From NCBI GenBank assembly GCA_045159875.1, contig CP067995.1:2688001-2752000 (forward strand): DNA of 64,000 nt, written 5' to 3'. Within the stretch, counting starts at the first letter, position 1; every line of letters begins with the position of its first letter. Shown here one piece after another: positions 13,185-24,094 of the stretch. The notes below the pieces were generated by a model. It worked only from the letters and a program-made list of their open reading frames with translations, was not told where the DNA came from and did no database searches. The DNA comes from a cyanobacterium endosymbiont of Rhopalodia gibba. Lineage in GTDB: Bacteria; Cyanobacteriota; Cyanobacteriia; Cyanobacteriales; Microcystaceae. Position numbers and translations under genes: made by a program.

Positions 13185-13984
13185 ATGCTAGAGTTATACC
13201 AATTTGAGTTGTCTCAATATTGCGAAAAGATACGGCTGATTCTTTACTACAAGGGATTGGATTACCGTAAAATCGAAGTCACTCCAGGAGTTGGACAGCT
13301 TAAACTCTTTAAAGTGTCCGGACAGCGACAAGTGCCTGTCTTAAAAGATGGAGAAACTATTATCGCTGATTCAACTAAAATTGCCTTTTATTTAGACCGT
13401 AAATATCCTGAAAAACCTATCATTCCCACTGATCCCGTAGCGAGGGGACAGTGCTTGTTGATTGAAGAATGGGCCGATGAATCCATTGGCATTAAAGGAC
13501 GTACTGCATTAATTGGGGCGTTGAATAAAAATCCTAATTTTCGTACTTCTATTTTGCCCCAAGAAGTCCCTGACTTCCTCAAAAATTTTATCAAGGCAGT
13601 TCCAGGGGATTTACTCACAGTTTTAGGAACAGGAATTGGGTTAGGTACAGAGGCAATAAAATCTGCTTAGATCGCCCTTAAACAGGATTTAGAAGCCTTA
13701 AGCTTAATTTTGCAGCATCGTCCTTATTTAGGAACAGAAGAACCCACCCTCACGGATTTTACCGTGGCGGGATTAAGTATAGTTTTGAAGTTTCCTGCCG
13801 GAGATTACCTCGATATTTCTAATCAATTAAAAGGGAAGGGAATTCCTGAGTTGACAGATAATACCAATTAAGACGCTTTTTTTCTCTGGCGAGATCGTTT
13901 CTACACAGATTATCGTAAACCTCAAAGGAGAACAAATTCAGGTAGAAGTGACTCCACACAGCTCACGATTTCACGATTGATTAA
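13185..13984 (+). pseudogene. Glutathione S-transferase family gene with two in-frame stops
   Basis: MLELYQFELSQYCEK, GQRQVPVL and DST motifs; TAG at 13668-13670 and TAA at 13869-13871, with homology (LKQDLEAL, FFLWRDRFY) continuing in frame. Confidence 0.85.
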
Positions 13985-14013
13985 TCGCACTAAATTACTA
14001 AACCTATAAACTG

Positions 14014-14430
14014 ATGACAACTTCAAAAGAAAATTTTAAAATCGTCAAATCTGCCCAAGAATGGCAGGAAATATTAAGTCCCGAACAATTTGATGTCTTG
14101 CGCAAACATGGAACTGAAATTGCTGGAACTAGCCCCCTGAATCAACAATATGGGGCAGGAATTTATGTCTGTGGTGGTTGTGGACATCCTTTATTTACCT
14201 CGGAGACCAAATACAATAGTGGCACAGGTTGGCCTAGTTTTTATGATTCTATTCAAGGGGCAATCGCCACTTTGGTCGATCAGTCTTTATTCATGACCCG
14301 CACGGAGGTCCATTGTAGTCGCTGCGGCGGTCATTTAGGCCATGTTTTTAGTGATGGTCCAGCTCCAACCGAACAACGTTACTGTATCAATGGGATATCT
14401 TTGAAGTTTTTTCCTCAAGAAGATAGTTAG
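14014..14430 (+). CDS. msrB: Peptide-methionine (R)-S-oxide reductase
   Basis: Two CxxC motifs, SGTGWPSF, GHLGHVF, RYCIN. Confidence 0.97.
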   Translation: MTTSKENFKIVKSAQEWQEILSPEQFDVLRKHGTEIAGTSPLNQQYGAGIYVCGGCGHPLFTSETKYNSGTGWPSFYDSIQGAIATLVDQSLFMTRTEVHCSRCGGHLGHVFSDGPAPTEQRYCINGISLKFFPQEDS

Positions 14431-14459
14431 TTATTTGAATATTTTTAAATCGAAGGGTA

Positions 14460-14675
14460 ATGCCAATTAATTTAATTGTCCTAGTGGCCTCCTTGTTGAT
14501 TACTTGGTTAGTTTTCAACTGGACAACGAAAGTCCTAAAAGCCAGTATCACAACCGCCTTTATGATTATAGTAATTGTTATGGCTCTACAAATGACTTTA
14601 GGGATTTCTCCTCAACAATTATGGAATCAAATTCTTAGTCTTCCAAAAATAATCCGAGAACTCCTTAACAGGTAA
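14460..14675 (+). CDS. Small two-TM conserved cyanobacterial membrane protein
   Basis: 71-aa hydrophobic ORF with GISPQQLW, directly after msrB. Confidence 0.75.
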   Translation: MPINLIVLVASLLITWLVFNWTTKVLKASITTAFMIIVIVMALQMTLGISPQQLWNQILSLPKIIRELLNR

Positions 14676-14710
14676 ATAGTTAATAGTGAATGTTCATCAT
14701 CTATTGACAA

Positions 14711-16102
14711 CTAAAATTCGGCACTCAAAGGAGTTCTTGGGAAGGGAATGACATCTCGAATATTGCCCATTCCCGTCATAAATTGCACCAATCTTTCAAA
14801 TCCCAAACCAAACCCCGAATGGGGAACGGAACCATAACGATGCAAATCTAAATACCACCAAATTTCTTCTTCTAAAATACCTAATTCACCGGTCCTCTGT
14901 TGCAACATATCTAACCTTTCTTCCCGTTGGGAACCCCCAATAATCTCGCCAATTTTTGGGACTAAAACATCCATTCCTGCGACGGTTTTACCATCATCAT
15001 TCAACCGCATATAAAAGGCTTTAATTTTCTCCGGATAATCAGTTACAATTAACGGTTTTTTAAATAATTTTTCAGCTAAATATTGTTCATGTTCTGATTG
15101 TAAATTAATCCCCCATTCGACGGGATATTCAAACTTTTGTTTCGCTCTTTCTAAAAGTTTAATGGCTTCAGTATAAGTAATTCGTTCAAAATCGTTATCT
15201 ATGATGTTATTGGCTGTTTCTAAAACCGTTTTATCAATGTGTTTATCAAAAAATTCTATGTCTTCTGGACAAGTTTCTAAAACAGATTTAAAGATGTATT
15301 TGAGAAATTTTTCAGCTAAATCTTGATTATCTTCAAGATCACAAAAAGCCATTTCAGGTTCTACCATCCAAAATTCAGCTAAATGACGGGAAGTATTAGA
15401 ATTCTCTGCCCGGAATGTTGGACCAAAAGTATACACACTTTTAAAGGCCATAGCCATCACTTCTGCTTCTAATTGACCACTAACAGTTAGATATGCTCGT
15501 TTTCCAAAGAAATCTTGACTGTAATCTATACTTTTTTCTTTATTTTCGAGAACTTTATTTAAATTTAAATTAGTGACAGTAAACAACTCCCCCGCTCCTT
15601 CGCAGTCACTAGGAGTAATAATAGGGGTATGAACCCATATAAAGTCTCTTTCTTGGAAAAAACGATGAATCGCACTTGAACAAACGTTACGAACCCGCAT
15701 GACAGCTCCTATGGTATTAGTGCGTGCTCGCAAATGTCCGATCGTACGCAGAAACTCAAAAGAGTGACGTTTTTTCTGGAGAGGATAGGTTTCAGGATCG
15801 GACCCCCCATAAACTCGTACAGACGATGCTTTAACCTCGACGCGTTGCCCTTTCCCTGGGGAAAGAACTAAGGTCCCTATTACCCCAACAGAAGCACCGG
15901 TATTTAAGCATCTGAGGACATTTTCATAATTAACGACTGTAGCATCGATAACCACTTGAATGCTAGTCACGGAGGAACCATCATTGACCTCCATAAAAGC
16001 GAATTCTTTCAATTCTCGTTTGGTTCGTACCCAACCTTGAACCGTAACGGCATCATTGGGTTGACCGTTCCGTAAAATGTCTCTAATGCGTTGTGTTGGC
16101 AT
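14711..16102 (-). CDS. asnS: Asparagine-tRNA ligase
   Basis: [24 protein letters not shown] and GFGLGFER motifs. Confidence 0.98.
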   Translation of the reverse strand: MPTQRIRDILRNGQPNDAVTVQGWVRTKRELKEFAFMEVNDGSSVTSIQVVIDATVVNYENVLRCLNTGASVGVIGTLVLSPGKGQRVEVKASSVRVYGGSDPETYPLQKKRHSFEFLRTIGHLRARTNTIGAVMRVRNVCSSAIHRFFQERDFIWVHTPIITPSDCEGAGELFTVTNLNLNKVLENKEKSIDYSQDFFGKRAYLTVSGQLEAEVMAMAFKSVYTFGPTFRAENSNTSRHLAEFWMVEPEMAFCDLEDNQDLAEKFLKYIFKSVLETCPEDIEFFDKHIDKTVLETANNIIDNDFERITYTEAIKLLERAKQKFEYPVEWGINLQSEHEQYLAEKLFKKPLIVTDYPEKIKAFYMRLNDDGKTVAGMDVLVPKIGEIIGGSQREERLDMLQQRTGELGILEEEIWWYLDLHRYGSVPHSGFGLGFERLVQFMTGMGNIRDVIPFPRTPLSAEF

Positions 16103-16235
16103 ATTGATGTCTTAGGATTTTTTTAGGATCAAACCTTTCTCATACTAACATTGTGTGCACTTAGAACGAGTTAATCTTTCCGAGAAATAGAGTAAAATAC
16201 TTGATAGATTAACAAAGATAGAGTGAGTCTCGAGC

Positions 16236-16718
16236 TTATTTCTCTTTTACTAACAAAGCCACTGTATAAACCGAGATACCTTCTTCGCGTCCAGTTGGTC
16301 CTAGTTTTTCATTTGTTGTTGCTTTAATTCCGATTTGATCATATTCGATATCTAAAGTTTCAGCTAACTTTTCTCTCATATCTAAGATATAAGGTTTAAT
16401 TTTTGGACGTTCAGCAATAATAACTGAGTCAATATTACCAATTTGCCATTCTTGTGATCGCACCAATTTATTGACTTGTTTAAGTAATGCAAGACTATTT
16501 GCTCCTTTCCATTGAGGGTCGGAAGGAGGAAAATAATGACCAATATCCCCTAGACTTAACGCCCCTAACATAGCGTCCATAATAGCATGTGTTAAAACAT
16601 CGGCATCACTGTGTCCTAACAAACCGACAGGATGAGGAATCTCAATTCCTCCTAGAATTAAAGGACGACTTCGAACTAAACGGTGGATATCATATCCATT
16701 ACCAATGCGAACGTTCAT
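16236..16718 (-). CDS. ispF: 2-C-methyl-D-erythritol 2,4-cyclodiphosphate synthase
   Basis: [23 protein letters not shown] and KATTNE motifs. Confidence 0.97.
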   Translation of the reverse strand: MNVRIGNGYDIHRLVRSRPLILGGIEIPHPVGLLGHSDADVLTHAIMDAMLGALSLGDIGHYFPPSDPQWKGANSLALLKQVNKLVRSQEWQIGNIDSVIIAERPKIKPYILDMREKLAETLDIEYDQIGIKATTNEKLGPTGREEGISVYTVALLVKEK

Positions 16719-17624
16719 CTTAGTAGCCTTCTTGTAGACATTGATAGTCAAGTCTAGACTAACTTTTGGAAAAAAGTAAAACTATGTAGTTGTTGAAAGT
16801 TATTATTTTAATTTCATCCGCTCAATGTCCTTTTTTTAGGATTTACCTTTTGCTTTAGTTATGGCTGTCTATTAACAAAGACGACAAACCCTTTGTTAGG
16901 CTATTTAAAATTTGCCTGGGTTAGCTTATGTACCTTGTTTAGGGTAGAATAAGAACAGCTATTTTAGCCTACACAAAATTTATCTCAGAACCAATATCAA
17001 AAATGCTAGTTTGAGGTTAACTTTCTGTGCAGAAAGAGTAACTTCTACTCATGCTATTGCCGATAGAAAAAAGAATTACGGACAATTGCTATTGCTTCTG
17101 TTTATGTAAAAAATACTGAGTATCTCTCTCCTGTCGTAACACTCTAGTACTTGTCGCCAATGAATTGCTGAATTGTCCCGAGAAGCAGAGATCATTGTTA
17201 GTAATGGTAGTCAGGGGTTGAAAAAAAATAATTTACTTCCTTTTTTATTCAATCTAGATTACTCGATTGTTTTACATAAAAATATTTTTTTATTTAGACA
17301 AAAATCATACTTAGATAGATAAAAGAAAAGACAGCATAAAGCAAATTAAACAATAGATTTTATAATTACTTTTGTTAAATATTTATGGACAAAGTAGATT
17401 CATCATAATCAACACTCCTGTAAAAAAATATTTGTTATTGCTAAGAGCAGCGATTAAGTTTACAATCACAATGTTTATTGTATAAAATTTAAATAAGATA
17501 TTTTAACTTAATTTAATGTTCTTGTAAAATAGAAAGCGCAAAAATTATCTTTGTAAGTGAAAAAATACTTTTTTGATTCGTCAATTATTGTTTGCACAAT
17601 ATTTTCTAAAAAAATCAACCAAAA

Positions 17625-18668
17625 TCATCCTAAAAACTTAACTAAAGCTTCTAATTTTTCCCAAGCAGCTCCACTCCTTAAAATCTCTTTAGTCTTTGTA
17701 ATTCCTAGATTATGCTGTTCCCAAGGAGTGATTCCTCCCACTTGTAAAGCTAAAGAAGCATTCAACGCTACTACCTCTTCTTGGGCAACAGTTCCTTTCC
17801 CCTGTAAAACATTCTTTAAAATAGTGGCATTCTTTTCTACATCTCCTCCTTTCAACGCCGATAAAGGAGCAGAAGTCAATCCTAATTCTGAGGGAATTAC
17901 ATAACTGTAATCAAGAGTTTTATATCGTAATAAAGCTAAATCAGTAGCATCTTGTAACCCTGCTTCATCGAGTTTTTCCCGCCCATGTAAAATAATGGCT
18001 TTGGGCATTCCTAATTGATTTAATGCCTCTGCCATAGGTCCAATAAATTCGGAAGAATAGACTCCAATAACTTGTCCCGTAAGACGTAACGGATTAACCA
18101 ATGGACCTAATAAATTAAAAATAGTACGAACTTTTAAAGTCTTACGAAAAGAGGAAACATATTTCATTGCCGGATGCCACCCTGGGGCAAATAGAAATGT
18201 AACTCCTACTTCATTTAAAGCTTCTTCTACCTTTTCTGAAGGGGTACAAAGTTTAACTCCCAAATACTCTAAAACGTCAGCAGAACCTACCTTGCTTGAT
18301 GCTGATCGGTTGCCGTGTTTAGCTACTTTAACCCCGGCTGCTGCTGCTACAAACGCTACTGCAGTAGAAATATTAAAAGTAGAAGCCCCATCTCCTCCAG
18401 TCCCACAGGTATCAATTACGGGTTCTCCATTACTTACTTCAGTTCGATTTAAAGATTGGGACTGTAACACTTGCGCCATTCCTGCTAGTTCGCTCCCAGA
18501 AACTCCTTTAGCCTGAATTGCCGCTAAAATTGCCCCGGAAACTACAGGGGAAATGGCTTCTGATATCCATCCCTTCATTAATTCGGAAGCTTGAGATTGA
18601 GATAAAGACTCTTTGTCAAGAAGTTGTTGTAGAAGTTCAGTCCAGAGATTAGGAGAGTCTTGAATCAC
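17625..18668 (-). CDS. trpD: Anthranilate phosphoribosyltransferase
   Basis: [19 protein letters not shown] and GSAD motifs. Confidence 0.97.
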   Translation of the reverse strand: MIQDSPNLWTELLQQLLDKESLSQSQASELMKGWISEAISPVVSGAILAAIQAKGVSGSELAGMAQVLQSQSLNRTEVSNGEPVIDTCGTGGDGASTFNISTAVAFVAAAAGVKVAKHGNRSASSKVGSADVLEYLGVKLCTPSEKVEEALNEVGVTFLFAPGWHPAMKYVSSFRKTLKVRTIFNLLGPLVNPLRLTGQVIGVYSSEFIGPMAEALNQLGMPKAIILHGREKLDEAGLQDATDLALLRYKTLDYSYVIPSELGLTSAPLSALKGGDVEKNATILKNVLQGKGTVAQEEVVALNASLALQVGGITPWEQHNLGITKTKEILRSGAAWEKLEALVKFLG

Positions 18669-18954
18669 TTTTTTAAACTTTGCTTATTTAGTAAAGGTCT
18701 AGACTACCACAATATATTCTACATTTCTCTATGTCCCCCACTCATTACGGCTGTCGAAGATAGAAGAAGGCAGAATTAAAAATTGATACTTAATTGTGGC
18801 CATTTTTCTACATTTTTAGCCATGAACAACTCTACTTTAATAGTTCTTAACATTTTGTTTCATAGGTTGCATTTATTTTTTGCTAATTTAGGTAATCTAT
18901 CCTGATAAATATATTTTCTTGAAAAAGGCTAGACTGACTTAATAAGGTGTAAAC

Positions 18955-18972
18955 CTTACAAAAGTTAACAAA
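18955..18972 (+). promoter_or_regulatory. HLR1-like (RpaB-binding) direct repeat upstream of sigD
   Basis: CTTACAAA-AG-TTAACAAA resembles (G/T)TTACA(T/A)(T/A)-N2-repeat; flanked by an 11-bp inverted repeat (18938-18948 / 18981-18991). Confidence 0.5.
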
Positions 18973-19224
18973 GCAATGTAACCTTATTAAGGAACAAAAA
19001 GTGTAAATACTGACTCTCAACCCATAACTTTTCAATTTGTTAAGACATTACCTCGAATGGTCGTCGGTTCTAAATCTAAATACCAAATACCATAGGCGAA
19101 AGCCATGAATAAAACAGAAAACCATAATCTAATTCAATAAGATTTCCTCAGTTACTCTTATAAAATCAGAAAATATTTCATATAACCTTACAATTACCCT
19201 GAAACTGCTACTGGACTACACATT

Positions 19225-20181
19225 ATGAAAATTTCCACAACTTCTCCCGATCCTGTTCGTGCCTATCTAAGAGAAATCGGTCGTGTTCCTTTACTGACTC
19301 ATGAGGAAGAAATTCTTTATGCTAAGCGAGTACAGCGATTGGTTAGTCTAGAGAACATACAAGAATCTTTAACTGAAGAACTGGGACAAGAACCCACCAC
19401 AGCTCAGTGGGCGAAAACGGCTAGAATCACTCAGAAGGAACTTCGCTCAGTTATTGCGGCTGGAGAAGCAGCTAAGCGTAAAATGGTTGAGGCTAATCTT
19501 CGCTTAGTCGTATCAGTGGCTAAAAAATACCTTAAGCGCAATTTAGATCTTCTAGACTTGATTCAAGAAGGAACCATTGGGATGCAACGTGGAGTAGAGA
19601 AATTTGATCCCACTAAAGGGTATCGTTTTTCAACCTATGCTTATTGGTGGATTCGTCAAGCTATTACCCGTGCGATCGCTGAAAAAAGTCGTACCATTCG
19701 TTTACCGATTCACATCACCGAAAAACTCAATAAAATTAAGAAAGCACAACGGCAACTTGCCCAGGAAAAAGGCCGTGCCGCAACCATTCAAGAACTAGCT
19801 GAAGAACTCGAGTTAACTTCCAAACAGGTTCGGGAATACCTGGAACGTGCTCGTCAACCCCTCTCTTTAGATCTGCGGGTGGGAGATAACCAAGACACCG
19901 AATTAGGAGATTTATTAGAGGATACCGGACCTTCTCCTGAAGATTATGCAACCTATTCCTCCTTGCAGTTGGATCTCGATAAACTAATGGAAGATCTCAC
20001 ACCACAACAAAAGGAAGTATTAGCTTTAAGATTTGGCCTTGCTGATGGCAAACCTCTGACATTGGCTAAAATTGGCACTATCCTCAATATTAGTCGTGAA
20101 CGAGTTAGACAAATTGAACGAGAAGCCTTAGCAAAACTCCGAAAACTTAAGGCTAATATTAGAGAATACTTGGCTAGCTAA
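19225..20181 (+). CDS. sigD: Group 2 RNA polymerase sigma factor, SigD-like
   Basis: [24 protein letters not shown] start; regions 2 ([11 protein letters not shown]) and 4 (SRERVRQIE). Confidence 0.85.
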   Translation: MKISTTSPDPVRAYLREIGRVPLLTHEEEILYAKRVQRLVSLENIQESLTEELGQEPTTAQWAKTARITQKELRSVIAAGEAAKRKMVEANLRLVVSVAKKYLKRNLDLLDLIQEGTIGMQRGVEKFDPTKGYRFSTYAYWWIRQAITRAIAEKSRTIRLPIHITEKLNKIKKAQRQLAQEKGRAATIQELAEELELTSKQVREYLERARQPLSLDLRVGDNQDTELGDLLEDTGPSPEDYATYSSLQLDLDKLMEDLTPQQKEVLALRFGLADGKPLTLAKIGTILNISRERVRQIEREALAKLRKLKANIREYLAS

Positions 20182-20349
20182 GTATTCTCCAAGGTTAAGA
20201 GGTTAGAGAATACAGAACAACAGTTCGGTTTTACTGACCTCAAGATAACAAGTAAACTTGTTAAAGTAAAACATGAAGGTTATCGATACCATCCCATTAG
20301 TTATGGTTGATAACCCCCTGATTTAGGTAGAATCTATAGGAGAGCAGTA

Positions 20350-20688
20350 GTGACTAATAACTTTAAATATTCTCGGCGTTTCTCTGATAATGAGGAAGAA
20401 AATGGAGAGAGTTTGTGGGGATATATTCAATCTTTGAGTCCAGAAACTATTGCCCGATTGTCAAAGCCAGACTCTTCTGAAGTATTCCAATTTATGGAAC
20501 AGAATATTATTGGTTTGTTAGGAAATCTTTCATCCGAACACTTTGATATTACCGTGAATACCAGTCGAGAAGATTTGGGACGTTTATTAGCTTCTGCTAT
20601 GATGAGTGGTTATTTTTTACGAAATGTAGAACAACGAATGGGGTTTGAAAAATCTTTGCGATCAATAAATAAAACAACGAAACTGTGA
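20350..20688 (+). CDS. DUF760 family protein
   Basis: YIQSLSPE and LGRLLASAMMSGYFLRNVEQR motifs. Confidence 0.9.
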   Translation: MTNNFKYSRRFSDNEEENGESLWGYIQSLSPETIARLSKPDSSEVFQFMEQNIIGLLGNLSSEHFDITVNTSREDLGRLLASAMMSGYFLRNVEQRMGFEKSLRSINKTTKL

Positions 20689-20792
20689 GCGATCAAGTTG
20701 CTTAACCGTTCCTTGGCAATAAATCAATAGGAGAAGTTCTATGGGAAAAATCTAATTGATTAAATCGTTGCTATCTTTGCTTTTAAGAAATT

Positions 20793-21447
20793 ATGACTAA
20801 TGAATTAGGAGTTGATTTCCTTTTAGCCTAAGATAATTGCTATTGTCTTGGTATCAATACGAGAGTCGAGGTTTACATTGACGAAACGTTCAGAGTCTCT
20901 ATATTGTATGGGTATCGGAGGCTATGCTACAACAGACTCGGAGGAAAATAAGCATCCTTTACTATTAACAATAGTTACAATCGTTTCCAATTATTGAGAC
21001 TTCAAACTAAGCTAACTTACAAACTGTTCTCAAAGTTTGGGCAAGATTAGGATGTTATGTAGACACTCGCAATCTTCATAGGCTGTAGAGGGCTATCATA
21101 ACAAAAAAATCTTGGAGGTTGATTGAAAACTCCAAGATTTTCTTAAATTATCAGAAATTGAATAAACTACTATTGAAGGAATTCTCAGTTCAGCCTCTAG
21201 AGCAACCTGTTTTTAGCATTAATAGAAACTTTAAGCAAGTATTACCAAAGATCAACTGCTTTGCGTGATTCTCCTAAAAAAGCGATACGTTACTCTGTAC
21301 TGTAACAAGTGTCAGACAGTTTACTTGATCAAAAAATCCTAAGAAATTTAATCAAGGATAGACTTGGGGGCGATTCTTTGTCCTTGAACTCATCCAAAAT
21401 GTTTGCTATGTCCCTGGTGATTACAAAGAACTAAAAATCAACTTTCC
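20793..21447 (+). pseudogene. mutY: MutY adenine glycosylase N-terminal (HhH-GPD and Fe-S) domain, pseudogenised
   Basis: LLSWYQ..., WVSEAMLQQT, VLKVWARLGCY, LKLSEIE*TTIEGILS and DLGAILCP*THPKCLLCPW; many stops and frameshifts. Confidence 0.9.
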
Positions 21448-21885
21448 ATGTGTGAGAACTCTAATCCTTTACCCCACCAAAAAATAGGCGTTGCTGTCAT
21501 CTATAATGAGGATGGACAAATTTTAATTGATCGTCGTCTTCAAAAAGGATTACTTGGTGGTTTGTGGGAATTTCCAGGGGGAAAATTTGAACCCAATGAA
21601 ACTGTTGAAGATTGTATTAAACGGGAGATTTTAGAAGAAATTGATATTAAGATAGGAATAGAAGAACATCTTATTACATTGGATCATGCTTATACTAATT
21701 TTAAAGTTACTTTAATTGTTCACCGCTGTCGTTATTTAACAGGAGAACCTAAACCCATCAGATGTGAAAAAATTTGTTGGGTGACTTTAGATGAAATGAG
21801 TAATTTCTCTTTTCCAAAAGCTAATACTAAAATTATTAAATTATTGCAAAATCAGCAGCAAACAGAAAGAATTAGTATAGCTTGA
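21448..21885 (+). CDS. MutT-like Nudix hydrolase (former C-terminal domain of MutY)
   Basis: Intact 145-aa ORF with GLWEFPGGK and Nudix box GKFEPNETVEDCIKREILEEIDI; contiguous with the mutY relic. Confidence 0.8.
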   Translation: MCENSNPLPHQKIGVAVIYNEDGQILIDRRLQKGLLGGLWEFPGGKFEPNETVEDCIKREILEEIDIKIGIEEHLITLDHAYTNFKVTLIVHRCRYLTGEPKPIRCEKICWVTLDEMSNFSFPKANTKIIKLLQNQQQTERISIA

Positions 21886-22249
21886 GTAAGCAATTTGTTG
21901 GTTTAGCCTAACTCTTCAGAGTTTAAGTTCATTCTTTGCAAAAGTCTGGCGCAACTGACACTCTAAAAGCTTAATTACAAACGCATCATTGGCAGTACCG
22001 TCAGGAGCAAGTAAATTTTTATCGGAGTTAGAGTCAGAACGAGTACCCAAGAAATCTAAAGATAAATTTGGCATACAAAACACTAGAAGCTGAAAATATA
22101 AACTATACTTGAGCCAACTCCAGAAAATCGACAATAAATAATAACTTTTACTAAAATTAGCATAGCATAGAATTATCTCTCACACAATCTTCGTTGCTAT
22201 TGAAAGACTTAATGCTGTTCTTCTTCATGAAGAATTTTTAAATTTAAAT

Positions 22250-23446
22250 TTATTTTACAGACATAATTTGATCGCCTTTGGCTACTTCTTGGAAAGCTTG
22301 AACTACTGCTTGTCTAGCCCAGCGATCAGTTTCTAAAATTTCTTCTAAAGTCGGTGTTAAAGTATTTTGATTCGTAAAGCGACCACAAACAATCTCAATT
22401 AATTTGGGAATATCAAGAAAGGTAATTTTTTTTTCCAAAAAGAAAGCTACTGCTTGCTCGTTAGCTGCATTCAATACTGCTGGCATTACCCCCCCTGCTC
22501 TTCCGGCGGCATAGGCCAACTGTATACAGGGATATTTTTGATGATCCGGTTCCCAGAAGGTTAAACTACCGGCCTTAACTAAATCAAGTTGTTTCCAATC
22601 AGTATAAATTCGTTCAGGCCAGGATAAACTATACAATAAGGGGAGACACATATTAGGCCATCCTAACTGAGCTAACACTGAGGTATCTTGTAATTCAACT
22701 AAGGAATGAATAATACTTTGTGGGTGAATCACGATGTCGATGTTTTCGTAATCTAACCCAAACAAATAATGAGCTTCAATGACTTCTAACCCTTTATTCA
22801 TCAGGGTTGCTGAGTCTACCGTGATTTTACGTCCCATTGACCAATTTGGATGTTTTATGGCATCGTCAACGGTGACAAGGTGTAATTGTTCTACCGGCCA
22901 GTTTAGAAAAGCTCCCCCAGAAGCCGTTAAAGTAATGCGGCGCAATCCTTCGGGAGGAACCCCTTGTAAACATTGGAAAATAGCAGAATGTTCTGAGTCT
23001 GCAGGAAGTAATTTAACCCCATGTTTTTCTACTAAAGGAAGTACTACTGGTCCCCCCGCAATTAACGTCTCTTTGTTAGCTAAGGCGATATCTTTCCCCG
23101 CTTCAATGGCTGCTATTGTGGGCAACAAACCTGCACAGCCTACGATTCCAGTGACGACACTTTCTGAGTCTCCGTAACGGGCTACCTCCGTAACCCCGAC
23201 TTCTCCAGCAAGCAGGATAGGAGAATAGTCGAGAGAAGCAATAGTTTCTTTGAGGATCTCTAATTTACTTTCGTTACAAATAGCGACAATTTCTGGTCGA
23301 AATTTCCTAATTTGCTGCGCTAACAGCTGGCCATTATTGTTTGCAGCTAACCCCACAACTTGAAATTGTTCAGGGTATTCGCTAACAATATTCAGGGTTT
23401 GCGTACCAATAGAACCAGTGGAACCAAGGATGGAGATTTTCTTCAC
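22250..23446 (-). CDS. dxr: 1-deoxy-D-xylulose 5-phosphate reductoisomerase
   Basis: [21 protein letters not shown] and HPNWSMG motifs. Confidence 0.98.
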   Translation of the reverse strand: MKKISILGSTGSIGTQTLNIVSEYPEQFQVVGLAANNNGQLLAQQIRKFRPEIVAICNESKLEILKETIASLDYSPILLAGEVGVTEVARYGDSESVVTGIVGCAGLLPTIAAIEAGKDIALANKETLIAGGPVVLPLVEKHGVKLLPADSEHSAIFQCLQGVPPEGLRRITLTASGGAFLNWPVEQLHLVTVDDAIKHPNWSMGRKITVDSATLMNKGLEVIEAHYLFGLDYENIDIVIHPQSIIHSLVELQDTSVLAQLGWPNMCLPLLYSLSWPERIYTDWKQLDLVKAGSLTFWEPDHQKYPCIQLAYAAGRAGGVMPAVLNAANEQAVAFFLEKKITFLDIPKLIEIVCGRFTNQNTLTPTLEEILETDRWARQAVVQAFQEVAKGDQIMSVK

Positions 23447-23568
23447 GATGCCTAAGAATTAACGAAAATGTCGGGAGAAGTCCCTACCCCAAAATACCAT
23501 GAAGAATCCTCATATTTTGAGTAGTGATGAATTTTTGACCTAGAGTTGTGCATTAACGACAGTCTAAA

Positions 23569-24075
23569 CTATTTCGTGCACTTACTCCAGTAGAGAGGGT
23601 TAACTCCATCAGCTATCTCATCACACATCAAGGAAACTGAATAGCTATCAATCACCAAATCGGTCAAACCAACCCCTGTAATAATCGCACCATACATAAC
23701 AGAGCGGGTGCGACTAGTAATCGTATCAACTCAAATGGCATTGGTTTAAGTCAGCAAAACCCCAATTTACGTGCTCAAGAAGTTTATCAGATTTATTCTT
23801 TGTAAATTCGCTTTGAGCGTCACTCCTTGAATTAAAATCTCATCAAAATAGATTTGACGCTTCAAAATCGGTCTGCCGCATATTGCCCGCCGCAAACACG
23901 CCTCTTCTAAAATATTTATCGAAGAAGTCTTGACCCTACAATTCGGAAAACATATAGTTTTATTTTGTCTCTGGCTAAAGCTAGATAAGCATCTAATAGC
24001 ACCAATAAATTAGTTAGTGACAACAGCCTGACTTCCCCTGATATTAGGCGACAGCAAACTCTAAACTTGTTTCAT
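23569..24075 (-). pseudogene. Pseudogene of an unidentified, probably conserved hypothetical protein downstream of the LCP gene
   Basis: A 169-codon ATG..TAG frame with 5 internal stops and protein-like text (ILEEACLRRAICGRPILKRQIYFDEIL...SRTRSVMYGAIITGVGL); GC like coding DNA. Confidence 0.55.
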
Positions 24076-24094
24076 AGACTACTCTATAATTGAA

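Noticed and set aside
16800..17220. Possible metal ABC substrate-binding protein relic (AELSREAEIIVSNG)
   Set aside because: Only one short motif-like stretch; not enough to call.
19050..19110. GGC-GAAA-GCC mini hairpin in the sigD leader as a riboswitch
   Set aside because: Stem too short and no match to any riboswitch consensus I can recall.
21916..22134. 72-aa ORF with a DAFVIKL beta-propeller-like word
   Set aside because: Single short motif and weak start; could be a relic or chance.
22250..23446. dxr substitutions (PNMCLP for the usual PDMRLP) as a sign of inactivation
   Set aside because: The ORF is full length with catalytic motifs intact and ispF is also intact; most likely ordinary drift.
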